Source: a bacterium
GTDB lineage: Bacteria; Zhuqueibacterota; Zhuqueibacteria; Oceanimicrobiales; Oceanimicrobiaceae
DNA length: 16,256 nt
Assembly: GCA_046757025.1 (NCBI GenBank)
Contig: JBHHXN010000119.1
Span: 1 to 16,256 of the forward strand
Direction of reading: 5' to 3'
In this document: piece by piece, positions 8,034-15,870 of the stretch
Position numbering within the stretch: the stretch's first letter is position 1
Layout of the letters: every line of letters begins with the position of its first letter
Made by a program: the position numbers and the translations under genes
Notes under the pieces: generated by a model
What the model was told of the DNA's origin: nothing
The model's database searches: none
What the model saw: only the letters and a program-made list of their open reading frames with translations

Positions 8034-9038
8034 TCAACCTCCTATTTTGTTGATCAAGGTTACGGTAATGGAAAGAATCAAACCGCCGCCAAACATCCAG
8101 GCCATGACCGGCGCATACTTGAATATTTCTCGTTTTACGCCGCTGCGGGAAGTAAAAGTAGTGGAGCCGGTAAAGTTGAGCGAAAGAAAGGCGGTCACCG
8201 CCGGCAGCGTGCAAAGGTAAGCCAGCGCCCAGCCAGCGCGCTGCCAGAAGACGATATCCGGATGCGTGGAAAAACTGATGAGAGCAAACGGCAGAGCGAT
8301 CAATCCGCCGAGGATAAATCCCTTGGTACTGAAATTGGCGGTGGGCAGCCAGGGTAGGAGAATGGGAAACAAAACCACGCCGGCCAGAATCGCCGCCAGA
8401 GCACCGGCCGAAGTCAGTGGCCCGCCTAAAAAAAATAAAAGCACAGCCGCTATCATGGAGGGAACGGACACCGTAACTACTTCCACCGGTACCACCAGCA
8501 GGCGGTCCAACAGGTTGAATCGTACACGACGCATTTCTTTGGTGGCCGACTTCGCTTCAAGATACGCCTTGATATCCCGCGCATACACCGGACCGAATTC
8601 CACATGAAAGCCGCTTTGTTGTTTGATCAGGTGTGCCGCCACGCCGGGCGCGCCCAATTGCGGCAAAATCAATCTTCTGTGTTTGACGACTTTGTGAAGC
8701 TGGGTCGCTCGTATGCGATCCACCAGCTCGTCCGTACCAAAGGTTCCTTTGCCTGCGGCACACCAGACGTTGATGCCCTTCGTGTCCAGCACCAGCAGGT
8801 AACAATCTACTCCGGCCAGGGATGAACGCAGCGCATCGAAGCTGAGGCGATAGTTGGCCGTAACCAACACCGGCGACCTGGCGTCGGGGCGACCGAGCGA
8901 ATATAGCCCAGGCGCCACCCGGTGTCCGCCGCGGTTGATGGCCAAACGCGCCAAAATGTGGTGCCAGCGGTCGGCTGCTGAGATGCGGCTATTTGTTTGC
9001 CGGATTTCCGGGCCCGCGTTCTGGATTTTTTCAGACAT
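8034..9038 (-). CDS. hgcA: Mercury methylation corrinoid protein HgcA
   Basis: Cap-helix signature GINVWCAAGKGTFG, VLVTANYRLSFD, LILPQLGAPGV, C-terminal TM helices and LNFTGSTTFTSRSGVKRE; AGGAGG RBS. Confidence 0.97.
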   Translation of the reverse strand: MSEKIQNAGPEIRQTNSRISAADRWHHILARLAINRGGHRVAPGLYSLGRPDARSPVLVTANYRLSFDALRSSLAGVDCYLLVLDTKGINVWCAAGKGTFGTDELVDRIRATQLHKVVKHRRLILPQLGAPGVAAHLIKQQSGFHVEFGPVYARDIKAYLEAKSATKEMRRVRFNLLDRLLVVPVEVVTVSVPSMIAAVLLFFLGGPLTSAGALAAILAGVVLFPILLPWLPTANFSTKGFILGGLIALPFALISFSTHPDIVFWQRAGWALAYLCTLPAVTAFLSLNFTGSTTFTSRSGVKREIFKYAPVMAWMFGGGLILSITVTLINKIGG

Positions 9039-9096
9039 TGCATCCTCCTGTCATTTAATTACACACCCATTAAATTATATCGGGATTTCTGCCACA

Positions 9097-9120
9097 CAAA
9101 AGTCAACTACCCAATAATGC
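9097..9120. promoter_or_regulatory. Degenerate copy of the putative MarR operator upstream of hgcA
   Basis: CAAAAGTCA-ACTACC-CAATAATGC; 16/24 identical to the marR promoter site with an identical 6-nt spacer; overlaps a minus-strand TTGACT (9106-9101). Confidence 0.45.
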
Positions 9121-9215
9121 ACAAGCGAAATGGTGAATACAGCGACCTCGAACTCGGCTTAGGCTTCTTCAATCAACCATCTCAAAAGCCAAGGTGTCTG
9201 GCTGGATGTATTATG

Positions 9216-10073
9216 TCATTTCACGGCCTGCACTTTGATGCTGGCGATGCGTGCAGTGTCGTCAAAGGTTATCCGGGTCTGGTTAGGGAGTTGCGCCTCG
9301 GCCGCGGCAACGATTTCTCTGCTCAATTCGAATCGGCTTAGCACCTTCACCTCCCGGAACCCCGCCTCCTGGATGGCCCGTAAATAGTCTGGTTCGCTGA
9401 GGGCGCCGCCCACGCAGCCAGCCCACCAAGCCAAGTTACTGCGCACCTCCTGAGAAAGCCCCTCGGCCACCATGTCCGAAATCACCATCTTTCCGCTCGG
9501 CTTCAGTACTCGAAAGGCTTCTCGAAATACTCGCGGTTTATCGGGTGAAAGGTTGATCACACAATTGGAAATGATCCAGTCGACACTGTCATCTTCTACC
9601 GGCATATTTTCCATTTCCCCCAGACGGAATTCGACGTTGTTCACACCCGCTTTTCGGGCATTCTCTTCGGCTTTCTGAATCATCTCAGGTGTCATGTCAA
9701 TGCCAATGACCTTGCCGCTCTGCCCGACTTTTCTCGATGCGATCAGCACATCCAACCCGGCACCCGAGCCTAAATCCAAGACCACATCGCCTTCTTTCAT
9801 CGCCACCTGTTCCAGTGGCGCGCCGCAACCGAATGTGTTTTCTACGGCTTCCCGGGGTATTTCTGCAAGTTCGGTTTTGTGGTAACCCAGTTTTTCGGCA
9901 TAGCTCATTTCAGGAGTGCCTGCCGGTGCGCAGCAAGAATGGGCGGCTTCGTAGTTTTGCACAGAAGATGCCGACGGAGCGCAGCCACAATCGGCTCGCT
10001 CCATACCGCTTTTTGTAATCAACGCGGCGTAGTGTTCTTTGACAGCTTGCTTGATCGTTTTGTCGTTTGCCAT
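9216..10073 (-). CDS. arsM: Arsenite S-adenosylmethionine methyltransferase (ArsM/AS3MT-like)
   Basis: AVKEHYA, N-terminal CGC and [49 protein letters not shown]; the conserved ArsM-type cysteines are present. Confidence 0.85.
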   Translation of the reverse strand: MANDKTIKQAVKEHYAALITKSGMERADCGCAPSASSVQNYEAAHSCCAPAGTPEMSYAEKLGYHKTELAEIPREAVENTFGCGAPLEQVAMKEGDVVLDLGSGAGLDVLIASRKVGQSGKVIGIDMTPEMIQKAEENARKAGVNNVEFRLGEMENMPVEDDSVDWIISNCVINLSPDKPRVFREAFRVLKPSGKMVISDMVAEGLSQEVRSNLAWWAGCVGGALSEPDYLRAIQEAGFREVKVLSRFELSREIVAAAEAQLPNQTRITFDDTARIASIKVQAVK

Positions 10074-10102
10074 TTCAAACTCTCCATTTTTTATAAGGGA
10101 TA

Positions 10103-10126
10103 AAATTGTTATGTTCCTAACTATTT
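10103..10126. promoter_or_regulatory. Putative MarR operator (inverted repeat) between marR and arsM
   Basis: AAATTGTTA-TGTTCC-TAACTATTT, 8/9 symmetric with a 6-nt spacer. Confidence 0.65.
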
Positions 10127-10137
10127 AACAAAAAAAA

Positions 10138-10611
10138 TTACAGTGTGATTTGGCTATTGAATTTATCCAGAAGATCGCGCAGTTGTTTCACGTCCTCCGA
10201 ATTTAGCTCGGCACAGCACTTGTTGGTGATGGCCAGCAAATCCAGAGTCTGATTCTGCAGGGCCTTGCCCTTTTTGGTCAACCGAATGAGGATAACGCGC
10301 CGGTCATCGCTGCCGCGATCCCGGAAAACCAGACCATTTTTCTCCATGGTATCCACGATGCCGGTGATGGTGCTTTTCGCGGTGCCGTGCACCTTCGCCA
10401 GCTCGTTGAGGGGAATGCCGTCTTTTACCCAAAGGTGGCGCAAAATATAATATTGCTGCGGTGTGACACCAAAGGAAGTGATAAATTCGTTGTGAATGCG
10501 AAAGAGTTTCTTGTTGATCTTGTCGATGAGATCCGCCACGGCTTCGAAATCCTGTAAATCGACATCGCAGGTTGCCGGCTCACAGCAGAGATTCGATTTT
10601 CGAACAGCCAT
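10138..10611 (-). CDS. MarR-family transcriptional regulator with N- and C-terminal vicinal cysteines
   Basis: GVTPQQYYILRHLW, KSTITGIVDTMEKNGLV, DDRRVILIRLTKKG winged helix; NLCCEPATC and NKCC. Confidence 0.93.
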   Translation of the reverse strand: MAVRKSNLCCEPATCDVDLQDFEAVADLIDKINKKLFRIHNEFITSFGVTPQQYYILRHLWVKDGIPLNELAKVHGTAKSTITGIVDTMEKNGLVFRDRGSDDRRVILIRLTKKGKALQNQTLDLLAITNKCCAELNSEDVKQLRDLLDKFNSQITL

Positions 10612-10624
10612 TAATTTACCTTCC

Positions 10625-10648
10625 TAATAGTTAACTACCGAACAGTAT
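10625..10648. promoter_or_regulatory. Putative MarR autoregulatory operator overlapping the -10 and start site
   Basis: TAATAGTTA-ACTACC-GAACAGTAT; same half-site and spacer length as 10103-10126; contains the perfect palindrome TAGTTAACTA (10628-10637). Confidence 0.65.
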
Positions 10649-10672
10649 ACGCAATTTCCGACTCATTGTCAA
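10644..10672 (-). promoter_or_regulatory. Near-consensus sigma70 promoter of marR-arsM(-hgcAB)
   Basis: Minus strand TTGACA (10672-10667), 17 nt, TATACT (10649-10644). Confidence 0.85.
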
Positions 10673-10841
10673 GTGTTTTTTGTAGGAGAGGATAAAAATC
10701 AGCATAAACGGAGGCCGATGCTGTGCAAATGTGGTGGGTCAAAAACTAGGTAAATTAGTCGCGAAATATTTTCTAAGATTTAAACTTACTCCAGAACAAC
10801 GCAGTTATTTTTTTCACGATGATTTTTGGAAAGGCATTCCT

Positions 10842-11160
10842 TCATTTCCAGCTCCTCAATTTTGCGGTAAAGGTGGACTCAATGATGCCCGTTTCCTTCA
10901 AAATTTGGGCACGGCGCCCTTGCCCGAGCTGCAATTTTTTGTAGATAAAATGGCGTTCAAAATTCCTGACGGCTTTTTTCAAGGGCTGGTCGTAATCGAT
11001 GACAAATCGCTCCTGCGGTTGGTCGCTGACGTGATCCGGCAAATCTTCCACTTTTATCTGGTCACTTTCACAAAAAATCATGGCACGTTCGATAACATTT
11101 TCCAACTCGCGTACCTGACCCTGCCACTTGAAATAAGGCAGTTTTTTTCTGATTACCTGA
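10842..11160 (-). pseudogene. C-terminal remnant of a sigma54-dependent (NtrC-family) activator: AAA+ lid plus Fis-type HTH only
   Basis: YFKWQGQVRELENVIERAMIF (cf. WPGNVRELEN) and LKKAVRNFERHFIYKKL...TGIIESTFTAKL; no Walker A or GAFTGA upstream; the ORF-track start (11360) lies inside a terminator hairpin. 5' boundary approximate. Confidence 0.65.
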
Positions 11161-11335
11161 TCCTGGAGTTCGGTTATCGAAATGAAATGAAGAGTTGGAA
11201 CTGATTCATAAGGAAATTTGCAATCAAAATTACTTTCGCCATTTGCAAGTTTAGCAACATTTGGTAACATTTGTTTACAAGAAAGCCTCAACCGTAAAGA
11301 CCGGCTGCCTGAAACGCCGTCATACCTGCACCCAT

Positions 11336-11368
11336 AAAAAAGGGCCTTTGTAAAAAACAAAGACCCTT
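11336..11368 (-). terminator. Rho-independent terminator
   Basis: Minus strand AAGGGTCTTTG-TTTTTTA-CAAAGGCCCTT-TTTT; 11-bp stem with a G-U pair that forms only on the minus strand. Confidence 0.75.
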
Positions 11369-11492
11369 AATTTGATTACATTACATACGATTCTCAACAA
11401 ATTTTAGAGGAAACTTGCCCTCTATCATAACGTCGTTCAATAATTGCAGCCACATGATTGCTAACTTAACCATTCAGTCGAACCGAGGTATT

Positions 11493-11509
11493 TTCAACAT
11501 TCATGCCAA
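11493..11509 (-). promoter_or_regulatory. sigma54-like -24/-12 promoter
   Basis: TTGGCATGAATGTTGAA (GG-N10-GA; one deviation at -12 from TTGC). Confidence 0.5.
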
Positions 11510-11600
11510 AAAGGGTAATTTTAAAAAATAATAAATTTGAGGTAAGTCATTGTTTTTAAGTAATGACTTTATCAAGAATTGGATGAAACATGGGTCGAAT

Positions 11601-11648
11601 TTTCTCAATAATGAGAAATCCGATTGGCGATTTCCTACTTTTAAGAAA
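11601..11648. promoter_or_regulatory. Tandem palindromic sites, putative enhancer (UAS)
   Basis: TTTCTCA-ATAA-TGAGAAA (11601-11618, perfect arms) and TTTCCTA-CTTT-TAAGAAA (11631-11648), 30 bp apart, about 95-140 bp upstream of the sigma54-like site. Confidence 0.5.
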
Positions 11649-11676
11649 GCAGTCAATCAAAAAGGTAAATTTAGAA

Positions 11677-12327
11677 TCAATCCGAATTGACTCGTTTCAC
11701 GTAGATCACTTCGCAGATGTTCGATTCCAGTGCTAACACCGTTTCGTCAATTTTGACTACATAGGATGGGTGTTTCTGCTCCAGTCGAATGAGGTTGTCA
11801 GGAAGCACGCCAAAAATAGCCAGCCTTTCCAGGGTTTTGTTGCGGCCCGGTGCGATAAAGACGATCTTTGCTGTTTCGCCAATTTCCATGTCTTTCAGTC
11901 GGTGCACTACTGGTTTCACATCCCGGTTGAATTTTGCACAGCATGCGCCACGCGGAATGGCAATGCCGTGGGGACACACGGGCGGATGCCCAAGAAAGGT
12001 ACAAACGCTCTCAGTGACTTCCGGGCTTAATATATGTTCGAAGGCACAGGCGGATTTGGTCATTTCATTATCGCTGACATGAAAGACGTCGGTGAGCAAT
12101 CTTTCCGCCAGCAGATGCCGACGAATGATGGATTCGGCCTTTTTCAGTCCTTTGGGTTTGAGCTGCAACGTATTATTTTTGAGCGAGATAAACCCGTTGC
12201 GTTCCAGCATTTTCACCGTAGCTTTGGCCGAAAACGGCGCCTGCGACAAAATGGTCTCTGAATCCACGATGCATTTTTCATGCATCAGCCAGATGGTTTT
12301 CAGCAAGTGGTCCGCTTTTTCAGTCAT
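11677..12327 (-). CDS. DtxR/MntR-type metal-dependent regulator fused to a C-terminal FeoA domain
   Basis: IIRRHLLAERLLTDVF, ACAFEHILS, FLGHPPVCPHGIAIP; FeoA-like RLKDMEIGETAKI...ERLAIFGVLPDNLIRL. Confidence 0.9.
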   Translation of the reverse strand: MTEKADHLLKTIWLMHEKCIVDSETILSQAPFSAKATVKMLERNGFISLKNNTLQLKPKGLKKAESIIRRHLLAERLLTDVFHVSDNEMTKSACAFEHILSPEVTESVCTFLGHPPVCPHGIAIPRGACCAKFNRDVKPVVHRLKDMEIGETAKIVFIAPGRNKTLERLAIFGVLPDNLIRLEQKHPSYVVKIDETVLALESNICEVIYVKRVNSD

Positions 12328-12571
12328 GCTTTGAATCCCCGGATTTAAACATTTTCTTCACAAAGTTCACCAGAGTCGATTCCGCAGGCCACTGATAAGC
12401 ACAATTAGGACAGCAAATAAGCCGGCAGTCCGAACCGAAAGGACATCTTGAACAGGTGGTTTCCCGGCTATGGAAGAAGCGATTTCCACACAACGGACAG
12501 GTGATCATTTCATTCACGATGACATCCTCACCATTGGCACGAGCACCATTGTTTTTTCGTCGATTTGTCAT
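12320..12571 (-). CDS. Small cysteine-rich protein (Zn-ribbon/Fe-S, FeoB-associated)
   Basis: CPLCG...CSRCPFGSDCRLICCPNCAY (8 Cys); abuts the feoB stop and overlaps the next start. Confidence 0.75.
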   Translation of the reverse strand: MTNRRKNNGARANGEDVIVNEMITCPLCGNRFFHSRETTCSRCPFGSDCRLICCPNCAYQWPAESTLVNFVKKMFKSGDSKHD

Positions 12572-14500
12572 TTAGGATAAAATCCAATTCAAAATACCGC
12601 CCACAAAAAAAGCAAATGGAATGATGAACAGCGTGATTGCCACAGCGGTTTTCCATCCTCGTTCTTTGATGATGACAAAAAAATTCGCAATACAGGGGAC
12701 AAACAGCGTGATGGTCACCAGACTGACGATTATCTGGTTGCTGTTTAATAGGCCTTGCCGGGCCATATCAAATAGTCCGGCCGCGCCGTAATCCCGACGC
12801 AAAAAACCGATCAAAAAGGCTTTGGCGGTTTCTTCCGGCAATCCCATAAATCCGCTGATGAGCGGAGCCGACCAGCTCTCGATCACCTGCAAAGCGCCGG
12901 TTTTGGCCAGTACGAATAAAATAAACGTGCCCAAAAAGAACAGCGGTACGGCTTCTTTTAAATACCATTCCACGCGGGCAATGGTTTTAATTGCGATATT
13001 TGCAACGCTAGGTCTGCGAATCGGCGGCAGCTCCAAAATGAAATCCGAACTTTCGCCGGGCAAAACCAACGAAGCAAAATAACCCACTAAAATCAGCACA
13101 CCGCTAATGCAGGCAAGCCAGATGAACACCGCGGATGGCGTCAGTCCGCTGAGCAAACCGAGAATGACGCCAAGCTGAGCGGAGCAGGGTATGCCCAAAG
13201 CCAGCAGCAAAGTCACCAAAACGCGCTCTTTGCGGGTTTCTAAAATGCGAGTAGTCAGGGTCGCCATGGTGTCGCAGCCGAGGCCCAAAACCATGGGCAG
13301 CACCGCCTTGCCGTTCAAACCGAATAATTTGAAAATGCGATTTAACATCACCGCCAATCGCGGCAAATAACCGGAATCTTCCAGCAATCCGAATGCTAAA
13401 AAAAAGGTCGTCACCACCGGCAAAACGATGGCCACAGAGTACGAAAGGGCCATGGTGATTAAACCGTATTCACCCACCACCAATTCTTGTAGCAATTTTA
13501 GGGGCAGTAAAAATGTAAACAATTTTGTGGCCAGGGGATTGATGAATTCCCCGAACAACACTCCTTCGAAAAAATCCACAACCGTGCCGGCGCCAAATAC
13601 TCCCACGAATAAGTACAAGCCATACAAAACCGCGCACAATACAGGCAGCCCCCAGAACGGATGCATGGAAATACTGCTTAAAAAATCGTTAAATCGGCGG
13701 CTGCCAACTTTTTCGATTTTATAGACTTCATGAATAATCACTTCCGCTTTTTGTAAACGCCGCTCATTGATCACCACGTTGGCGGACTGTGGCAATTGTT
13801 TCTGTACTTTTTGACAAATGCCCTCGATGCGTTTCAGGACCTCGGCGGATACATTTTCAGTCAGCCAGTTTTTGAGGCTTTCATCGCCGGCCAGAATCAT
13901 CAAAGCGAGCGAACGTTTGGAAATGAAAATCTCCGGTAGCAGGATTTCGATTTCCGCCACACCATCTTCGATTACAGGGGGGTATTCGATTGTCAGTGAG
14001 GAAGTGTAGGGGTTGTTTCCGATTTCATGTACTAAATCCATCATTCCCCGGCGATGGATAGCCACGGTTTCCACCACCGGCACGCCAAATATTTCTGCAA
14101 GTTTGGATTTATCCACGGTGACCCCGCGGCTGTGCGCCTCATCCATCATGTTCAAATTCAGAATAAAGGGAATTTGCATCTCCGCTAATTGCACTGACAA
14201 AAACAAAGCTCGGCGCAAATTTTTCGCATCGGCTACCTGCACCGCCACACGCGATTGTTCATGCAGCAAAATATTGCGGGTGACTACTTCGTCTTCCGAG
14301 TATGGCAAGAGACTGTTGACGCCGGGGGTGTCGATGACCACATCCGAGCTGCCGTCATAGTGGGCATTCCCTTGTGAAATCTCCACCGTGGTTCCCGGAT
14401 AATTCGACACAGTCACGTAACTTCCGGTTAAATAACCAAATATCACACTTTTGCCGACATTGGGATTCCCTATTAAAATAATCTTGTTCTTTTTATTCAT
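12572..14500 (-). CDS. feoB: Ferrous iron transporter FeoB
   Basis: G motifs GNPNVGKS, NYPGTTVE, DTPG, NMMD; membrane motifs LEDSGYLPRLA, GLGC, IPCSAQL, FILELPP, LFVPCIA. Confidence 0.97.
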   Translation of the reverse strand: MNKKNKIILIGNPNVGKSVIFGYLTGSYVTVSNYPGTTVEISQGNAHYDGSSDVVIDTPGVNSLLPYSEDEVVTRNILLHEQSRVAVQVADAKNLRRALFLSVQLAEMQIPFILNLNMMDEAHSRGVTVDKSKLAEIFGVPVVETVAIHRRGMMDLVHEIGNNPYTSSLTIEYPPVIEDGVAEIEILLPEIFISKRSLALMILAGDESLKNWLTENVSAEVLKRIEGICQKVQKQLPQSANVVINERRLQKAEVIIHEVYKIEKVGSRRFNDFLSSISMHPFWGLPVLCAVLYGLYLFVGVFGAGTVVDFFEGVLFGEFINPLATKLFTFLLPLKLLQELVVGEYGLITMALSYSVAIVLPVVTTFFLAFGLLEDSGYLPRLAVMLNRIFKLFGLNGKAVLPMVLGLGCDTMATLTTRILETRKERVLVTLLLALGIPCSAQLGVILGLLSGLTPSAVFIWLACISGVLILVGYFASLVLPGESSDFILELPPIRRPSVANIAIKTIARVEWYLKEAVPLFFLGTFILFVLAKTGALQVIESWSAPLISGFMGLPEETAKAFLIGFLRRDYGAAGLFDMARQGLLNSNQIIVSLVTITLFVPCIANFFVIIKERGWKTAVAITLFIIPFAFFVGGILNWILS

Positions 14501-14510
14501 TCAACAGCAC

Positions 14511-15008
14511 TCACTTTACAGCATTCACAAACATTTTTAACATATCCAGCACCGAAACGACTCCCACGATTTCATCGTCGCGTGCCACAAACAGCCGATG
14601 AATTCGACCCGACAGCATGATTTGCGCTAACTCGGAAACCGGCGTTTCTTCCTGCACGCGATAGATGAAAGGGGTCATGATATCTTTTGCCAGCAGAGTT
14701 TCGCTTTCCTCCAGATGGTAGCCCGTCAATTCTTCCGCACTGAATTGCGGCTGCCAGGCTTTCAGCACGTAGTCCGAAGCCACTTTGTCGGAAATGATGT
14801 GCTCGCGACGCGGCTCGTTGCGCACAATGTCGCTCAATGTCACGACCCCGATGTGCCGCTCATTTTCATCCAGAACAGGGGCGCCGGTGATCATGTGGCT
14901 GCTCAACAAATCCGACACTTCTTCCACCGTCATTTGGCTTTGCACCGTAATCACTGGCGAGGTCATGATTTCCTGAGCCGTGATTTCTCTTGTTGACATG
15001 GTTTTCAC
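14511..15008 (-). CDS. CBS-domain pair protein
   Basis: AQEIMTSPVITV, ITGAPVLD..IGVVTLSDI, AKDIMTP, IHRLFV..IVGVVSVLDML. Confidence 0.9.
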   Translation of the reverse strand: MKTMSTREITAQEIMTSPVITVQSQMTVEEVSDLLSSHMITGAPVLDENERHIGVVTLSDIVRNEPRREHIISDKVASDYVLKAWQPQFSAEELTGYHLEESETLLAKDIMTPFIYRVQEETPVSELAQIMLSGRIHRLFVARDDEIVGVVSVLDMLKMFVNAVK

Positions 15009-15013
15009 TCCAT

Positions 15014-15730
15014 CTATTCTGATTCACTAATTTCAACGCCCGGAAATTTTACGTGCAGGGTGTGAATCACGATTTCTTCGGCCACTTCAAATCCCAGACT
15101 CGCCAGGTTAAGTACTAAATCGTAGTTCGAAGGCTCTTCTGACTCGTGATGAAAAAACCGCTGGATAAAGGCCGTGCGCGCCTTGTCCGCCTGACAGAGC
15201 ATTTCCAGGGCCTGCTTTTTACTCACAGCCTTCAAATGCATTAGATTTTCGATGCGCCTTGCCAACGACGCCACGATCCTCAATCTCAAAGTTTTGTGCG
15301 CCGGCAGTATGAAGTTCGCCCCCCGGCCCAGTATAATCGAACAGCCGCTTTCGCCGATGGCTGTAATCACCGTAACCAGATGCTTGAAATATTTATCGCT
15401 GCCTAAAGCATGATGGTTGACGAGGGTAAGCACCCAGTTGTGAATTTCATTTTGTGTTTTTTCGTCGAACGATTCCACCATATTTTTGCGGACGTTAGCA
15501 TGTTCTGCAATATAATCCACCAATTCTTTATCATACAATTTCCATTTCAATCTTTTCGACAATCCTTGCGCAAACTCCACACCCTGACTACCCATTTCTT
15601 TTGAAATGGTCAAGCACAACTTGCTAACTTTTTCGGAATCAATGGTACCTTTTTCATAGGTTCGTTCCCACAGCTTCACCTGTCGTGAAATGATCTGCTC
15701 CATGGGTATCTCATCTATGATTTTGGACAT
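15014..15730 (-). CDS. Cytidylate kinase-like family protein
   Basis: LTISKEMGSQG, KLYDKELV, IILGRGANFIL, ADKARTAFIQRFF, YDLVLN; start placed at ATG 15730 because of the GAGGTG RBS (ORF track starts at 15751). Confidence 0.85.
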   Translation of the reverse strand: MSKIIDEIPMEQIISRQVKLWERTYEKGTIDSEKVSKLCLTISKEMGSQGVEFAQGLSKRLKWKLYDKELVDYIAEHANVRKNMVESFDEKTQNEIHNWVLTLVNHHALGSDKYFKHLVTVITAIGESGCSIILGRGANFILPAHKTLRLRIVASLARRIENLMHLKAVSKKQALEMLCQADKARTAFIQRFFHHESEEPSNYDLVLNLASLGFEVAEEIVIHTLHVKFPGVEISESE

Positions 15731-15816
15731 TTGAATCACCTCGCATGGCATGGACGTGATTGAGTTAATGAATCTTTACTTCATTTTAATAAGATAAAAT
15801 GATACTTTTTTTGAGT

Positions 15817-15833
15817 AACAAAGCTTGTACCAA
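15817..15833 (-). promoter_or_regulatory. sigma54-like -24/-12 promoter of the feo-containing operon
   Basis: TTGGTACAAGCTTTGTT (GG-N10-GT; imperfect). Confidence 0.4.
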
Positions 15834-15870
15834 ATGTTATTCAACCGCGATTATGCTTTAAGTGCCTAAA

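Noticed and set aside
9039..9077. N-terminal selenocysteine extension of HgcA (in-frame UGA five codons upstream of the ATG)
   Set aside because: The frame reads TAA TTT AAT GGG TGT GTA ATT AAA TGA CAG GAG GAT GCA ATG: no standard start codon between the TAA and the TGA, no CU dipeptide, and a strong AGGAGG RBS precedes ATG 9038.
9159..9218. Sec read-through of the arsM stop UGA
   Set aside because: SIKVQAVK matches the usual end of the methyltransferase fold and no SECIS-like hairpin follows.
11161..11360. N-terminal part of the 172-aa ORF as real coding sequence
   Set aside because: It starts at a TTG inside a terminator hairpin, lacks an RBS and shows no activator motifs.
11378..11473. 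Tiny ORF ending in Cys-UGA (MVKLAIMWLQLFERRYDRGQVSSKIC*) as a CU selenopeptide
   Set aside because: No RBS, no SECIS-like hairpin at the right distance, no recognisable motif; likely chance.
857..15604. Numerous plus-strand ORFs in the track
   Set aside because: All are antisense to well-supported minus-strand genes and show no recognisable domains.
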